Shown: positions 1-10,126, numbered from the whole stretch's first letter. The stretch is DNA of 63,555 nt, filler included, from 6 parts of 6 records of this genome joined end to end with filler, not necessarily neighbours in it; one strand, 5' to 3'. Made by a program: numbers and translations. Notes: generated from the sequence alone by a model not told the origin.

Positions 1-1
1 G

Positions 2-1555
2 GGCCGCTTCGATGGTGGCGTTCAGGGCCAAAAGATTTGTCTGCTCCGATATTTCAGTGATGGTTTCCACCACGTCGCCGATCTCCTGGGCGGACCGGCT
101 CAGTTCATCTATTTTTTCCGAGGCTTTCCGGGTCCGTACCACCGCTTCGTTACTGGTGAGCCGTGTCTTCTCGGTATTTCTGGCTATTTCACTGATGGTG
201 GACGTCATTTCCTCGGTTGCTGCCGATACCATGTTAATATTTGTGGAAGACTGCTCCACCGCAGCCGCCACGGAAGCCATGTTGGAACTCATCTCTTCGG
301 CGGCCGTTGCCACAGAATTGGCTTTTTCCGACATTTTACCCGCCCCCTGGGACACCTCCCCGGCAATGGAAGCCAAGGTTGAAGAGGAATTATCCAACCC
401 CCCGGTATCTCCGGCAATGCTTTTGATTATTCCCTGGAGTTTTTCCACAAAGCTGTTGAACCACCTGGCCATCTCCCCGATTTCATCACGGCTGTCGGCC
501 GCCAGACGCATGGTCAGGTCCCCTTCCCCTTCGGCAATATCCCTGAGACCTTCAACCATTAAATTGATGGGCCTGATAAACCGTCCGGACACCAGATAGC
601 TGAGAAAGGCGACCACCGCCAGCACCAGGCCGGTGATCATCAATACAGTGGCCCTGATGCCCCTGGAAACCTCCGACAACTCCGATTTCTCAATCAGGAC
701 CGCCACCACCCAGTCGGTTTTAGGGGATTGAAAGGAATCGACCCGGTAGACGGTACCCTCAATCTCGGTCTCGAAGCTGGCCTTTTCCTTTTCAAGGATG
801 GTTTCCATTTTTGCAATGCCGATATCCTTGATGTTCTTCAGGTTATTTTTTTCATTCTTCGGATCAGCCAAAATCAGCCCTGTTTTATGAAGCATCATGG
901 CATATCCGGTTTTGCCGATCCGGACGCCTTTCATGATCGAGGCCAATTTATCCGAAGAAACATCGATGGCCATAACACCGTATCTTCTGCCGTCCTTGTT
1001 TGAAAACGTCCGAACGTTGCTTACGATGACTGAGCCGGTAACGGAATCAGTGTAGGGATCGGTCCGAACCACTTTCCCCGGCCGGGTCATTGCAATCGGA
1101 TACCAGGGCCGCCTGCGCGGGTCGTAATTTTTGGAAATCTTCGACTCGGGCCATTGGATATACCCCCCATCATCCGTCCCCATATAAACATAAAGGGTGC
1201 CCGGATGGTTTTTCGCATAGTTGTCGAACTCTTCAAAAATCGCCTGCTCAATACCGCCATTCCGGGAAGGGGTCATGGTGGGTTCAAAATTGTCGTCCGC
1301 ATAGCTGGTAATGGTGTCATCCGAGGACATCACCTTGGGATGGGTGGCGAACATATCAATGTTCCGGTCAAGCTCATCGTAAAATACATCCAGCAACTGC
1401 TCAATGGTATTGACCTGCTGGGCCACGTTGGCCAGATGCCCGTCCTGAACCGAATTATTGATCAGATAATTCACGGCAATCACAACAGGGATCACCGTTA
1501 TGAAAATCAATGAAAGGGAAAACAGGATAAGCTTTGAGCGAATGGACTTAAACAT
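2..1555 (-). CDS. Methyl-accepting chemotaxis protein (TM-Cache-like-TM-HAMP-MCP signal), 3' truncated by window edge
   Basis: Read by hand on the minus strand: GAGG RBS, then ATG at 1555 giving MFKSIRSKLILFSLSLIFITV...; ends in the MCP hairpin signature QTNLLALNATIEAA at the window start. Absent from the ORF track because it has no stop codon. Confidence 0.92.
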   Translation of the reverse strand, partial: MFKSIRSKLILFSLSLIFITVIPVVIAVNYLINNSVQDGHLANVAQQVNTIEQLLDVFYDELDRNIDMFATHPKVMSSDDTITSYADDNFEPTMTPSRNGGIEQAIFEEFDNYAKNHPGTLYVYMGTDDGGYIQWPESKISKNYDPRRRPWYPIAMTRPGKVVRTDPYTDSVTGSVIVSNVRTFSNKDGRRYGVMAIDVSSDKLASIMKGVRIGKTGYAMMLHKTGLILADPKNEKNNLKNIKDIGIAKMETILEKEKASFETEIEGTVYRVDSFQSPKTDWVVAVLIEKSELSEVSRGIRATVLMITGLVLAVVAFLSYLVSGRFIRPINLMVEGLRDIAEGEGDLTMRLAADSRDEIGEMARWFNSFVEKLQGIIKSIAGDTGGLDNSSSTLASIAGEVSQGAGKMSEKANSVATAAEEMSSNMASVAAAVEQSSTNINMVSAATEEMTSTISEIARNTEKTRLTSNEAVVRTRKASEKIDELSRSAQEIGDVVETITEISEQTNLLALNATIEAA

Positions 1556-1902
1556 ACACACCTCTTAAACTTAAAAAGACAAGTCATGCCCCGGGCCGGG
1601 GCCACACAAACTCAATCAAAATTACCAGTCTAAGATCTCCGGGTGCTGGCAGGTATGAATGCCATAATAGCGCAATTAATTTCTGACTTCAAACAGTATG
1701 TAAGCAAAGATCTGTCAATAGAACAGTGATCGACCACCACCTGGCAGGCGGAGATCTCGACCATGGCAGACTGGAATACTGCCCGGAAAGGAGGTACAGG
1801 AAAGCATGGCAAAGGGGGCCGAACAGTTGGACCAAGCCCGGCACAGACACAACAGGTTGTGCTTGTGCCGAACTTTGTGAGCATTTCAACGTTTGGTGTT
1901 TT

Positions 1903-2058
1903 TTATACTTTCCTTCGATCATCCGTGAGTTGCTGAACTCTTTCAAGTCGATAGTTTTTGCCGCAGGACCTGCAGCTGAAATAGGTACGGTTTCAGGATC
2001 GGTGGAGGCGGAGCTCCCCACCGCATGCGGGGCATGTTCTCTTGGTCTTATCTGTCAT
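1903..2058 (-). CDS. Small dual-CxxC putative selenoprotein (51 aa, in-frame UGA at codon 22)
   Basis: MTDKTKRTCPACGGELRLHRS-TGA(1995-1993)-NRTYFSCRSCGKNYRLERVQQLTDDRRKV*; purine-rich GGAAAGAG before the ATG; SECIS-like hairpin after the UGA. Confidence 0.72.
1960..1976 (-). other. Putative bacterial SECIS hairpin
   Basis: GCTGCAG-GTC-CTGCGGC starts 16 nt after the UGA: 7-bp stem with one G-U pair and a G at the start of the loop; resembles the E. coli fdhF SECIS tip TGCAGGTCTGCA. Confidence 0.62.
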
Positions 2059-2237
2059 AATACTCTTTCCATAAAGTTACGATTAAAAAACTTAAAAAAG
2101 TTATGACAAAAATCGGAAAAGTCAAATCCCAATTGGGATCAGCCTATCTTAAAACCCTGGACTGACAAGAGTGAGCCCTTCAGGCGAGCTCACCCGGCTT
2201 ATTTGGTAGGCGTCCCCAAGTTTTTAATGCCACGTGT

Positions 2238-3542
2238 CTATCCCAGGAGGCCCGGGAGGAAGGTTACCAGGGCTGGGAAGAGGATCAACAGCAGGATGGT
2301 GAGGGTGTAGGCAGGGAGGAACAGGGCCACGCCCTTGAACACATCCTTCAGGGGAATATCCCCGGCAACCCCTGCCACCACATAGGTGGTGGCGCCCACC
2401 GGCGGGGTGACGGCCCCAAGAGTCGTAACCACGGTAATGGTGACGGCGAACCAGACGGGATCGTATCCCATCTGAAGGGCCAGGGGGAAAAATACGGGAA
2501 TGGTGATCAAGAGAAGCGCCAGGGCATCCATGATGGCGCCGCCCAGGATGTAGATCAGGCAGATGGTGCCCATGATGGCCCAGGCGGGAAGCTCCAGGGC
2601 CGCGACCCCCGATGCGAGGTCAAAGGGAATCCGGGTAACGGCAAGGAACCTTCCGAAAATCATGGCCCCTGCGATGAGCATGATCACCATGCAGGAGATT
2701 CGCAGGGTATCCAGGACCGCCTTCTTGAAATTTTCCCTGGAGAGGGTCTTGCCAAGGACCGCGATTACCAGGGCGAAAAACGCACCCGCGGCACCGGCCT
2801 CGGACGGGGTGAACACACCGGCCCAGAGCCCTGCCATGACAAGGCCGAACAATAGCAGCATCTCTCCCGCGCCGGAAAGTGAGGCGATTCGGGCCTTGAG
2901 GGAGGGTTTGTCGGCCACGGGCCCCCACTGGGGACGGAGACGGCAGACAAGACTGACGGTGGCGGTCAACAGCAGGGTAAGGAGAATGCCTGCGCCGATG
3001 CCGCCGTAGAAAAGTTTTGCGATGGACTGCTCGGTGGCAAGGCCGATGATGATGAGCACAACGCTTGGCGGAATCACCACCCCCAGGGTGGAGCCGCAGG
3101 CAATGGCGCCGGTGCTGAGAATGGTGGAGTAGCCGTATTTTCTCATCTCGGGCAGGGCCACGGTGCTCATGGTGGCGGCGGTGGCCGTATTGGAGCCGCA
3201 GATGGCGGCAAAGGCGCTGCACGCCATGACGGTGGCCATGGCAAGCCCGCCCCGGATATGGCCGGTCCAGGCGTGGGCGGCCCGGTAGAGGCGCTGGTTG
3301 ACTCCTGAGTAAAAGGCGATCTGACCCATGAAGATGAACAGCGGAATCACGGTAAGCCCGTATTTGGAACAGACCGACCAGAAGACCGATCCGGCCATGT
3401 TCATGCCCGCGTTAAGGTTGATCACATGGGAAAATCCGAGGAAACCCACCAGGGCCATGGAAAACCCAACGGGCATGCCGAGAAAAAAAAGGACCGCCAG
3501 CAGGGAGACGATCCCAACGATTCCAACAAGGGTAAGACTCAC
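2238..3542 (-). CDS. dctM: TRAP transporter large permease (DctM)
   Basis: 434 aa, highly hydrophobic, with IPLFIFMG, GVVIPPS, FTPSEAG and TPPVG motifs. Confidence 0.93.
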   Translation of the reverse strand: MSLTLVGIVGIVSLLAVLFFLGMPVGFSMALVGFLGFSHVINLNAGMNMAGSVFWSVCSKYGLTVIPLFIFMGQIAFYSGVNQRLYRAAHAWTGHIRGGLAMATVMACSAFAAICGSNTATAATMSTVALPEMRKYGYSTILSTGAIACGSTLGVVIPPSVVLIIIGLATEQSIAKLFYGGIGAGILLTLLLTATVSLVCRLRPQWGPVADKPSLKARIASLSGAGEMLLLFGLVMAGLWAGVFTPSEAGAAGAFFALVIAVLGKTLSRENFKKAVLDTLRISCMVIMLIAGAMIFGRFLAVTRIPFDLASGVAALELPAWAIMGTICLIYILGGAIMDALALLLITIPVFFPLALQMGYDPVWFAVTITVVTTLGAVTPPVGATTYVVAGVAGDIPLKDVFKGVALFLPAYTLTILLLILFPALVTFLPGLLG

Positions 3543-4009
3543 GACGCTTCTCCAAAACCTGTAAACAACTCATAAACAAAAAGGAGGACAAGGACGGCCA
3601 CCCCAAAGGCGACCACCAGGACAACGGGGTAGTAAGGAATTCTCAGGGTTTCGGACACCTCTTCCACTTTTTGAAGGTTCAACCCGGTCTTCACCAGCTG
3701 CCGGGACAGAAGGGAGAAAAGGCCGATGCAGGCAAGGGTGTTGATGCCCTTTGCCACCTGCCGCACCTTTTTAGGAAACCGGTCAAAAAGAATGCTCACA
3801 TAGAGGTGCTCTTTTTTGGAATGGGAATAGGAGAGGCTCAGGCCGAACACGGCGGCCCCCAGGAATCCCATGAGTTCAAAGGTGCCCCGGATGGGAATGC
3901 CGGCCTGGCGTGCCAGGATGTTGGCCGTGGTCAGGACGACCATCATCACCAGAAACACGCCGGCCACCCCGGTCTGAAGCCTGTTGAGAACTGTCAGGAT
4001 CCTGTGCAT
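3539..4009 (-). CDS. dctQ: TRAP transporter small permease (DctQ)
   Basis: 156 aa, about 4 TM segments, between DctP and DctM with overlapping start/stop codons. Confidence 0.9.
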   Translation of the reverse strand: MHRILTVLNRLQTGVAGVFLVMMVVLTTANILARQAGIPIRGTFELMGFLGAAVFGLSLSYSHSKKEHLYVSILFDRFPKKVRQVAKGINTLACIGLFSLLSRQLVKTGLNLQKVEEVSETLRIPYYPVVLVVAFGVAVLVLLFVYELFTGFGEAS

Positions 4010-5034
4010 CAGCCGTTCTTCCTGTAATCATCAATTAAATTCTTGATGGTATCAACAATGTTTTTACCGTCAAATCCCTTGGCTGACGCCTTCTCGATCC
4101 ACTTTTCCGTGATGGGTGACAGGGCCTGGTTCCATTTCTCGGATGTCTTCTGATCCAGCTCCAGGAACTCCACATTGTGGGTCTGTTTGGACCAGTCCAC
4201 CGCCTCTTTCACATGGTTGTCCATGTAGTTGCCGGTCCAGAGGGCCTGCTCCCTTGACAGGTTCTCCATCACCGCCTTCACGTCTTCCGGAAGGGCGTTC
4301 CACCGGTCCAGGTTCATGACCACGGCAAAGGGGTAGACCACGGTGTTGGTCACGGTCACATGGGAGCACTCCTCGGCGAACTTCAGGTCCTTCATCACCT
4401 CAAGGGAGGAGAAAAGGCCCTGGATCACGCCCTTTTGCAGGGCTTCCGGGGTGGCGGACATGGGCATGCCGATCTGGTTGGCGCCCCAGGTTTTAAGAAT
4501 CTCGGCAGCCCCGCCCGAGGCCCTCAGATCCATGCCCCTCAGATCCGGAAGGGTTGCCACCCGTTTTTTGGACATGATGTTTGCCGGGGCCGTGGTAAAG
4601 AGGGCCAGCACCTTGACCTTTTTGAAGGCCTTGGGGTTCATTTTATTGAAGAGATCCGTCAGCACCAGGCTGCCTGTTTTGGAATCGGGGATGCCCAGGG
4701 GCAGGCTCACGGCGTTGGTCACCGTGAATCGTCCGGGCTGGTAAGCCATGCAGAGGCAACCGATGTCGGCCTGGCCGGAGATTACGCCGTCCATCATGTC
4801 CCTTGCGCCCAGGAGGGTGCCGCCGGGGAAGGTGTTGATGCGCACCTTGCCCTGGGTTTTGGCTTCAACTTCCGACTTCCACTGTTCCATCTGCACGCAG
4901 GGGAATGTGGGCGCCGGCGGAAAGTTGGCGTAGTTCAGGGAGATGGATTTTGCCTCCACCGGTGACTGGCCGAGAAAAACCGCCAGGGCGGTGGTCATGA
5001 TTGCCGTGGCTGCAAACCGCTTGAATCTCTTCAT
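4009..5034 (-). CDS. dctP: TRAP transporter substrate-binding protein (DctP)
   Basis: Signal peptide; FPGGTL, DLRGMDLR and EALQKGVIQG motifs. Confidence 0.92.
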   Translation of the reverse strand: MKRFKRFAATAIMTTALAVFLGQSPVEAKSISLNYANFPPAPTFPCVQMEQWKSEVEAKTQGKVRINTFPGGTLLGARDMMDGVISGQADIGCLCMAYQPGRFTVTNAVSLPLGIPDSKTGSLVLTDLFNKMNPKAFKKVKVLALFTTAPANIMSKKRVATLPDLRGMDLRASGGAAEILKTWGANQIGMPMSATPEALQKGVIQGLFSSLEVMKDLKFAEECSHVTVTNTVVYPFAVVMNLDRWNALPEDVKAVMENLSREQALWTGNYMDNHVKEAVDWSKQTHNVEFLELDQKTSEKWNQALSPITEKWIEKASAKGFDGKNIVDTIKNLIDDYRKNG

Positions 5035-5048
5035 TTTTTCTTTTCCTT

Positions 5049-6344
5049 TTAACTGCTGTTGCCGTTTCTGTTGTCAAAGACCCGCTGGCTTTTCCGCTGG
5101 GTCCTGGGCAGGGCTTCGGGATCAAGGATCTCCACTGCGGCCCTCACGAGAAGTTTTCTTCTTATCCGGTCGGAGATCACGGCGGCAAGGGCGGTGTCGT
5201 CGTCGGACGAGCCGTTGCCTGAACGCTCCACCTTCAGGGTCATCAGGTCCCGGCCGTTCTCCTGGTGATCCAGGAGGATCTGGTACTCGCTGCCCGCCCC
5301 GTCAATGGGGTCAAGGATGAGATCGATCTGGCTGGGATAGATGTTGACGGCCCGGTAGATGAACATGTCGTCGCTCCGGCCCTGGATCCGTCCGTGGCGG
5401 GGAAAGGAGATGCCGCAGCCACAGTCCCCGGGGATGATCCGCGTAATATCGTGGGTCCGGTAACGGATGAGGGGGCTTGCCTCCTTTTTCAGTGAGGTGA
5501 TCACAAGCTCGCCCACCTCGCCTTCCGGCACGGGCTTCAGGGTGACGGGATCGATGATCTCGTATATGAAAAGGTCGTCCCAGAAATGGATGCCTTCATG
5601 GGCGGAACAGTCAAGGCCGGCGCCCGGGCCGTACACCTCGGTGAGGCCGTAGATGTCATAGATCTCGTCAACCCCCAGCATCTCGCCGATGCGCTGTCGC
5701 ATGGCGTCGCTGTGGCGTTCCGCCCCGAGGATGATCTTCTTGAGATTGATCTTGGACAAAAGTCCCCTCTTCCTGACCTCCTCCGCCATGAGCAGCGCCA
5801 TGGAGGCGGTGGAACAGAAAACCGTGCTCTGCATGTCCACCAGCATCTCCACATGCATGTCCGTGTTCACCGGGCCCATGGGCACGGCCATGGCGCCGAA
5901 CCGTTCGCACCCGAGCTGAAACCCCGCCCCGGCGGTCCAGAGACCGTAGCCCACGGCGATGTGAACCCGGTCTTGCCGGGTCATGCCGGAAAGCTCGTAG
6001 CAGCGGGCAAACATGTCGGCCCACACATCGATGTCCTTCTGGGTGTAGCACATCACCTTGCGCTTGCCGGTGGTGCCGGAGGAACCGTGGATCCTCACCA
6101 CCTCTTCGTCGGAAACCGACTTCAGGGGCAAAGGATAGTCTGCCTGGAGATCGTGCTTGTCCAGGAAGGGCAGGTTTTCAAGGTCCTTGAGGCTCCTGAC
6201 GTCCCCGGCCGTGACACCGGCCTTGCCAAAGGTCCCCTGGTAAAGGGAGGAGTTGGCAAGGGCATGGTTCACGGTCCATTTGAGTCCGTCAAGCTGAATC
6301 TGATCAATGGCTTCCCGGGTCGAATTCTGGGGGATGAATCCCAT
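5049..6344 (-). CDS. paaK: Phenylacetate-CoA ligase family protein
   Basis: RIHGSSGTTGK, YGLTEVYGPG, PLIRYRTHD and GRSDDM motifs. Confidence 0.9.
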   Translation of the reverse strand: MGFIPQNSTREAIDQIQLDGLKWTVNHALANSSLYQGTFGKAGVTAGDVRSLKDLENLPFLDKHDLQADYPLPLKSVSDEEVVRIHGSSGTTGKRKVMCYTQKDIDVWADMFARCYELSGMTRQDRVHIAVGYGLWTAGAGFQLGCERFGAMAVPMGPVNTDMHVEMLVDMQSTVFCSTASMALLMAEEVRKRGLLSKINLKKIILGAERHSDAMRQRIGEMLGVDEIYDIYGLTEVYGPGAGLDCSAHEGIHFWDDLFIYEIIDPVTLKPVPEGEVGELVITSLKKEASPLIRYRTHDITRIIPGDCGCGISFPRHGRIQGRSDDMFIYRAVNIYPSQIDLILDPIDGAGSEYQILLDHQENGRDLMTLKVERSGNGSSDDDTALAAVISDRIRRKLLVRAAVEILDPEALPRTQRKSQRVFDNRNGNSS

Positions 6345-6877
6345 TACAGCTCCTTACAAATGTGGTTGTATCCTGTTTCAAGTGCCAGCAGCGCGTTTGC
6401 CCGTACGGCGTCGCTCTTTGCCGCGAAGACCTTCTCGATCTGCCCTTTGATCCTGTCAAGGGTACACACCGGCACCGCGCCCAGTGCCGCCCCCAGCATG
6501 TAGAGGTTGGTGGAAGGCAGGTTGTTGTCCTTCAATGCCATGGCGTCCGCATCCACCGGGGTCAGGCCTGCACCATTAAGATCGGTGGATGCCGTATTGA
6601 CCAGAGCCTTGCCCTCCTCCCGGAGGAATCCCCTGTGCTGGGGATAGTTTTCCTCCTTCAGGGCCACCAGGAGATCGGCGTTCCCCGGCCGTATGAGGGG
6701 GCTCTTGAAGGAACCCACCTTGAGGTGTGAAATAACGGTGCCGCCCCGCTGGGCCATGCCGTGGGTCTCTGAAGTAAGTACCCTTTTGTTGTCATCCATG
6801 CAGGCCTGGGCAAGCAGCCTTGTCACAAAAAGAACGCCCTGGCCCCCTACTCCGCTGATTACGATTTGATAGTTCAT
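6344..6877 (-). CDS. iorB: Indolepyruvate:ferredoxin oxidoreductase beta subunit
   Basis: MNYQIVISGVGGQG, ETHGMAQRGGTV. Start moved from the track's 7054 to ATG 6877 (6889 is also possible) because iorA ends at 6894. Confidence 0.88.
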   Translation of the reverse strand: MNYQIVISGVGGQGVLFVTRLLAQACMDDNKRVLTSETHGMAQRGGTVISHLKVGSFKSPLIRPGNADLLVALKEENYPQHRGFLREEGKALVNTASTDLNGAGLTPVDADAMALKDNNLPSTNLYMLGAALGAVPVCTLDRIKGQIEKVFAAKSDAVRANALLALETGYNHICKEL

Positions 6878-6893
6878 TTGATTCCCCATTGAA

Positions 6894-8382
6894 TTAATTG
6901 ACATGAGCCGGAACGATGGAGCCCTTTGGGCAGACATGGACGCATACACCGCATCCAGAACAGAGGGAGGCGTCGATATCCACCCGCTCGTTCTCGCTGT
7001 CAAGGACAAGGGCCGGGCACTCGAAATGCGAGACGCAATACCCGCAGCCGTCACAGTCTTCGGAGACCGAAACCTCCCGGAACTGTTCCATGCGCTGGGC
7101 TTTTGTCATGCTCAATAGACAGGGGGACCGGGAGATCACCACACCGGGACCCTGCTCCCTGGTATGGGCCACGGCCTCCTTGACCAGGGCAATGAACCCC
7201 TTTGTATCCATGGGATCGGCTGTCTTGCAATAGGTGATGCCGCAGCCGGCCACAAGTTTTTCGATATCCACGGCCGCGACCTCCTCACCGAGCACGTCGG
7301 TGCCCGTGGCTGGGGTGGGCTGATTGCCGGTCATGGCCGTGGTTCTGTTGTCCAGAATGACTAGAAGGATGGGCGCCTTCTGAACCACGGCATCGATGAG
7401 GGCGGGAACGCCCGCATGGAAAAAGGTGGAATCCCCCATGGTGGCCACGATGGGGGGCCGTTTTTCGTCGGAATAAGCGTGGGCGAAGCCCGCGGCCTGG
7501 CTGATGGCGGCCCCCATGCAAAGCACGGTGTCCACGGCCCCGAGGTTCATGCCCAGGGTGTAGCAGCCGATATCGCTGGTGTAGATGCCCTTGGGAGCGG
7601 CCTTTTTAATGGCAAAAAAACTGGCCCGGTGGGGACAGCCGGCACAAAGGGTGGGACGCCGGCCGGGAACGGATTCCATGACGGCGGAACGGGGCTCGGT
7701 CCCCGCAAACTCGGCAATGATGGCCTCCATGATCTCGGGCAGCAGCTCTCCGGTCCTGGGCACATGGCCGCTCTCTTTTCCCTTGACCTTGTCCCTTCTG
7801 GCAAGCTGCATCTCGATGATGCCGGTGGTTTCCTCCAGCACCAGGATATCGCTGTGATTCTCCAGGACCTCGTCCATGAAGGCCGTATGAAGGGGATAGG
7901 GCTGGACCACCTGGTAAAGGGCGACCCTGTCGCTGATTTCCAACTCATTGATGATGTCCCGGGCATGGGCGGCACTGACTCCCGCCACCACAATGGCCTT
8001 TGACGGCTTGCCCGTTTCCGGGTTAAGACGAACCGGGGCGGTCTCCTCAAAGCGCGCGATATCGGCAAGTTTTGCCTCGAGGTCGTTATGGAGCTTGAAC
8101 CGGAACTTGGGGGTGGCGGCCCACCGTCCCGGATTTTTCTCAAAATTCGCCTCAACCGTGCCGGGGGTGACCTTGTTGAGGGGAATATCCTGGCGGGCAT
8201 GGCAGACCCGTGTGGTGGGCCGTATCATCACCGGGATTTCGAACTGTTCCGACAGCCTGAACCCGAGATCAGCCATGTCCCTTGCCTGCTCCGGCGAATC
8301 CGGGTCCAGCACGGGAATCTTGGCGGACATGGCATAGAGCCTGGAATCCTGCTCGGTCTGGGAGGAGTGGGGACCGGGATCA
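6894..8382 (-). CDS. iorA: Indolepyruvate:ferredoxin oxidoreductase alpha subunit, 5' truncated at contig end
   Basis: RPTLCAGCPH, SDIGCYTLG, TPP motif GDSTFFH...ILDNRTTAMTG, C-terminal ferredoxin Cys motifs; frame continues upstream (DPGPHSSQTEQDSR) to the spacer. Confidence 0.93.
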
Positions 8383-8482
8383 NNNNNNNNNNNNNNNNNN
8401 NNNNNNNNNNNNNNNNNNNNNNNNNNTTAATTAATTAANNNNNNNNNNNNNNNNNNNNNNNNNNNNNNNNNNNNNNNNNNNN
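8383..8482. other. Artificial contig spacer
   Basis: N-run, TTAATTAATTAA (stops in all frames), N-run; 100 nt. Confidence 0.99.
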
Positions 8483-8529
8483 GCTTGACCTGAACTCGTT
8501 GATGAAGCTCTGGATCCTGCATCTTGAGG

Positions 8530-9189
8530 TCACTTAGGTATAAGGGCAATAATCGACTGCCAGAGGATCATAGATCCGATAAGTGAGAATATTGCTCCAC
8601 ACAGTAAATCAATGTAGCGGCCAGCGGAATGCAGTTTGGCTTGTAGACGTTTGGTGGAAAGCATCCAAGCTAATGTAGCAAACCATACCAAAGACAAACC
8701 CCAAAGGATCAGCAACGCAATGCTTTTTCCGGTCAGTGACATGCTTGCAGGTACCAGCGTCGACATTAAGCTAACGAAGAAAACCAGAGCTTTAGGGTTC
8801 AGAATGTTGGTCATAAAGCCGCGGGAGAATGCTTGTCGTTTGTTGCTCAATAGCAGTGCGCTATCCTCTTTTGGTGTTGATGATGTGCGTTTCCAGTTAC
8901 GAAAGGTTGCTTTTAAAGCGCCAACACCTAAGTACAATAAATAGCTACCACCACAAAATTGCAAAATAGCGAACAGCACAGGTTGTTGGTGCACTAAATA
9001 GCTAACACCCGTCAGGCTTAAAAGGGAATGAAGTAATATTCCAAACGACAGGCCTAAAGCAATGTAAACACCGGTTTGTCTGCCATAGCGAGTGGCATTT
9101 TGTACCACTAGTGCTACATCCGGCCCCGGGCTCATTAAGGCGATAAAGTGTACCCCGGCAAGAGTCGCTAAAATGCTGGCTTCATTCAT
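8530..9189 (-). CDS. LysE/RhtB family amino-acid exporter
   Basis: MSPGPD, GGSYLLYLG and GFMTNILNPKA motifs; start at MNEASIL. Confidence 0.92.
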   Translation of the reverse strand: MNEASILATLAGVHFIALMSPGPDVALVVQNATRYGRQTGVYIALGLSFGILLHSLLSLTGVSYLVHQQPVLFAILQFCGGSYLLYLGVGALKATFRNWKRTSSTPKEDSALLLSNKRQAFSRGFMTNILNPKALVFFVSLMSTLVPASMSLTGKSIALLILWGLSLVWFATLAWMLSTKRLQAKLHSAGRYIDLLCGAIFSLIGSMILWQSIIALIPK

Positions 9190-9208
9190 GACTTTATCCT
9201 TAATTATT

Positions 9209-10126
9209 TTACTTAGCGGTAACGGCTGCAATTGGACGCTTTCTGCCTTGGGTTAAACCATCAAAACTGAAAACAACTAATGCACCCCAGATGAAAACAA
9301 AGGTGATTGCTTTATCGGTTGAGAATGCTTCGCCGTAAACCAAAACCGCGAGCAAGAACATTAAACTTGGCCCTATGTACTGGAAGAACCCTAGAGTTGA
9401 CAGTTTCAGTTTGGTTGCCGCACCGGTAAAACAAAGCAGAGGTAGTGTGGTGACAATACCTGCGCTAAATAACAGCAGGTTTAAATGCCAGTCGTTAGCC
9501 GTCATTGAACTTGTTGCTGATTGAGCAAACCAGAACAGATAGATCAATGCGATTGGTAATAGAATCAGCGTTTCTACAAACAAGCCAGTTTGACCGTTGA
9601 CACTCACTTTTTTACGCAGTAATCCGTAGAAAGCGAATGATGTCGCTAAAGCTAATGCAACAACGGGAACGGAGCCAAACACCACAACTTGTATGCTTAC
9701 CCCGATCGTTGCCATAGCAACGGCAAACCACTGTAACTTGCGTAGCCTTTCCCCTAAAAATAACATGCCAAAGACAACATTGATCAGCGGGTTAATGTAA
9801 TAGCCCAAGCTCGCATCAAGCATATGGTTAGCATTAATAGCCCAGATAAATATGAGCCAGTTACCACCGATGAGAAGAGAGGTTGTTGCTAGATAAGCTA
9901 ATTTTGCTTTTGAGCGAAAGATGCTGACAACATTACGCCATTGGTGACTAAAATGAATGATTATCGCTAAAAAGAAGAAAGACCAGATAACTCGGTGACT
10001 CAGAATTTCTAGCGCCGGTACAAAAGTGATTGTTTTAAAATAGATCGGCGCGATGCCCCACATTGTGTAGGCACCAATAGCGAGTAAAACGCCTTTCTTG
10101 GCGTTGGCTTGTTCTTCTGGAGTCAT
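9209..10126 (-). CDS. rarD: EamA-family transporter RarD
   Basis: EILSHRVIWS, ASLGYYINPL, LGFFQYIGPSL; divergent from recQ; start at MTPEEQ. Confidence 0.93.
   Translation of the reverse strand: MTPEEQANAKKGVLLAIGAYTMWGIAPIYFKTITFVPALEILSHRVIWSFFFLAIIIHFSHQWRNVVSIFRSKAKLAYLATTSLLIGGNWLIFIWAINANHMLDASLGYYINPLINVVFGMLFLGERLRKLQWFAVAMATIGVSIQVVVFGSVPVVALALATSFAFYGLLRKKVSVNGQTGLFVETLILLPIALIYLFWFAQSATSSMTANDWHLNLLLFSAGIVTTLPLLCFTGAATKLKLSTLGFFQYIGPSLMFLLAVLVYGEAFSTDKAITFVFIWGALVVFSFDGLTQGRKRPIAAVTAK

Noticed and set aside
12-1513. Plus-strand ORFs of 195, 91 and 119 aa
   Set aside because: Antisense shadows of the minus-strand MCP.
1556-1900. Possible c-di-GMP riboswitch or sigma-54 promoter upstream of the MCP
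   Set aside because: No GEMM consensus seen; the TGGCA...TGC spacing is one base too long for sigma-54; the hairpin near 1839-1870 may just be a terminator.
1630-2106. Track ORFs 1630-1884, 1689-2021 and 1726-2106
   Set aside because: No recognisable motifs; the UGA-containing CxxC frame explains the region better.
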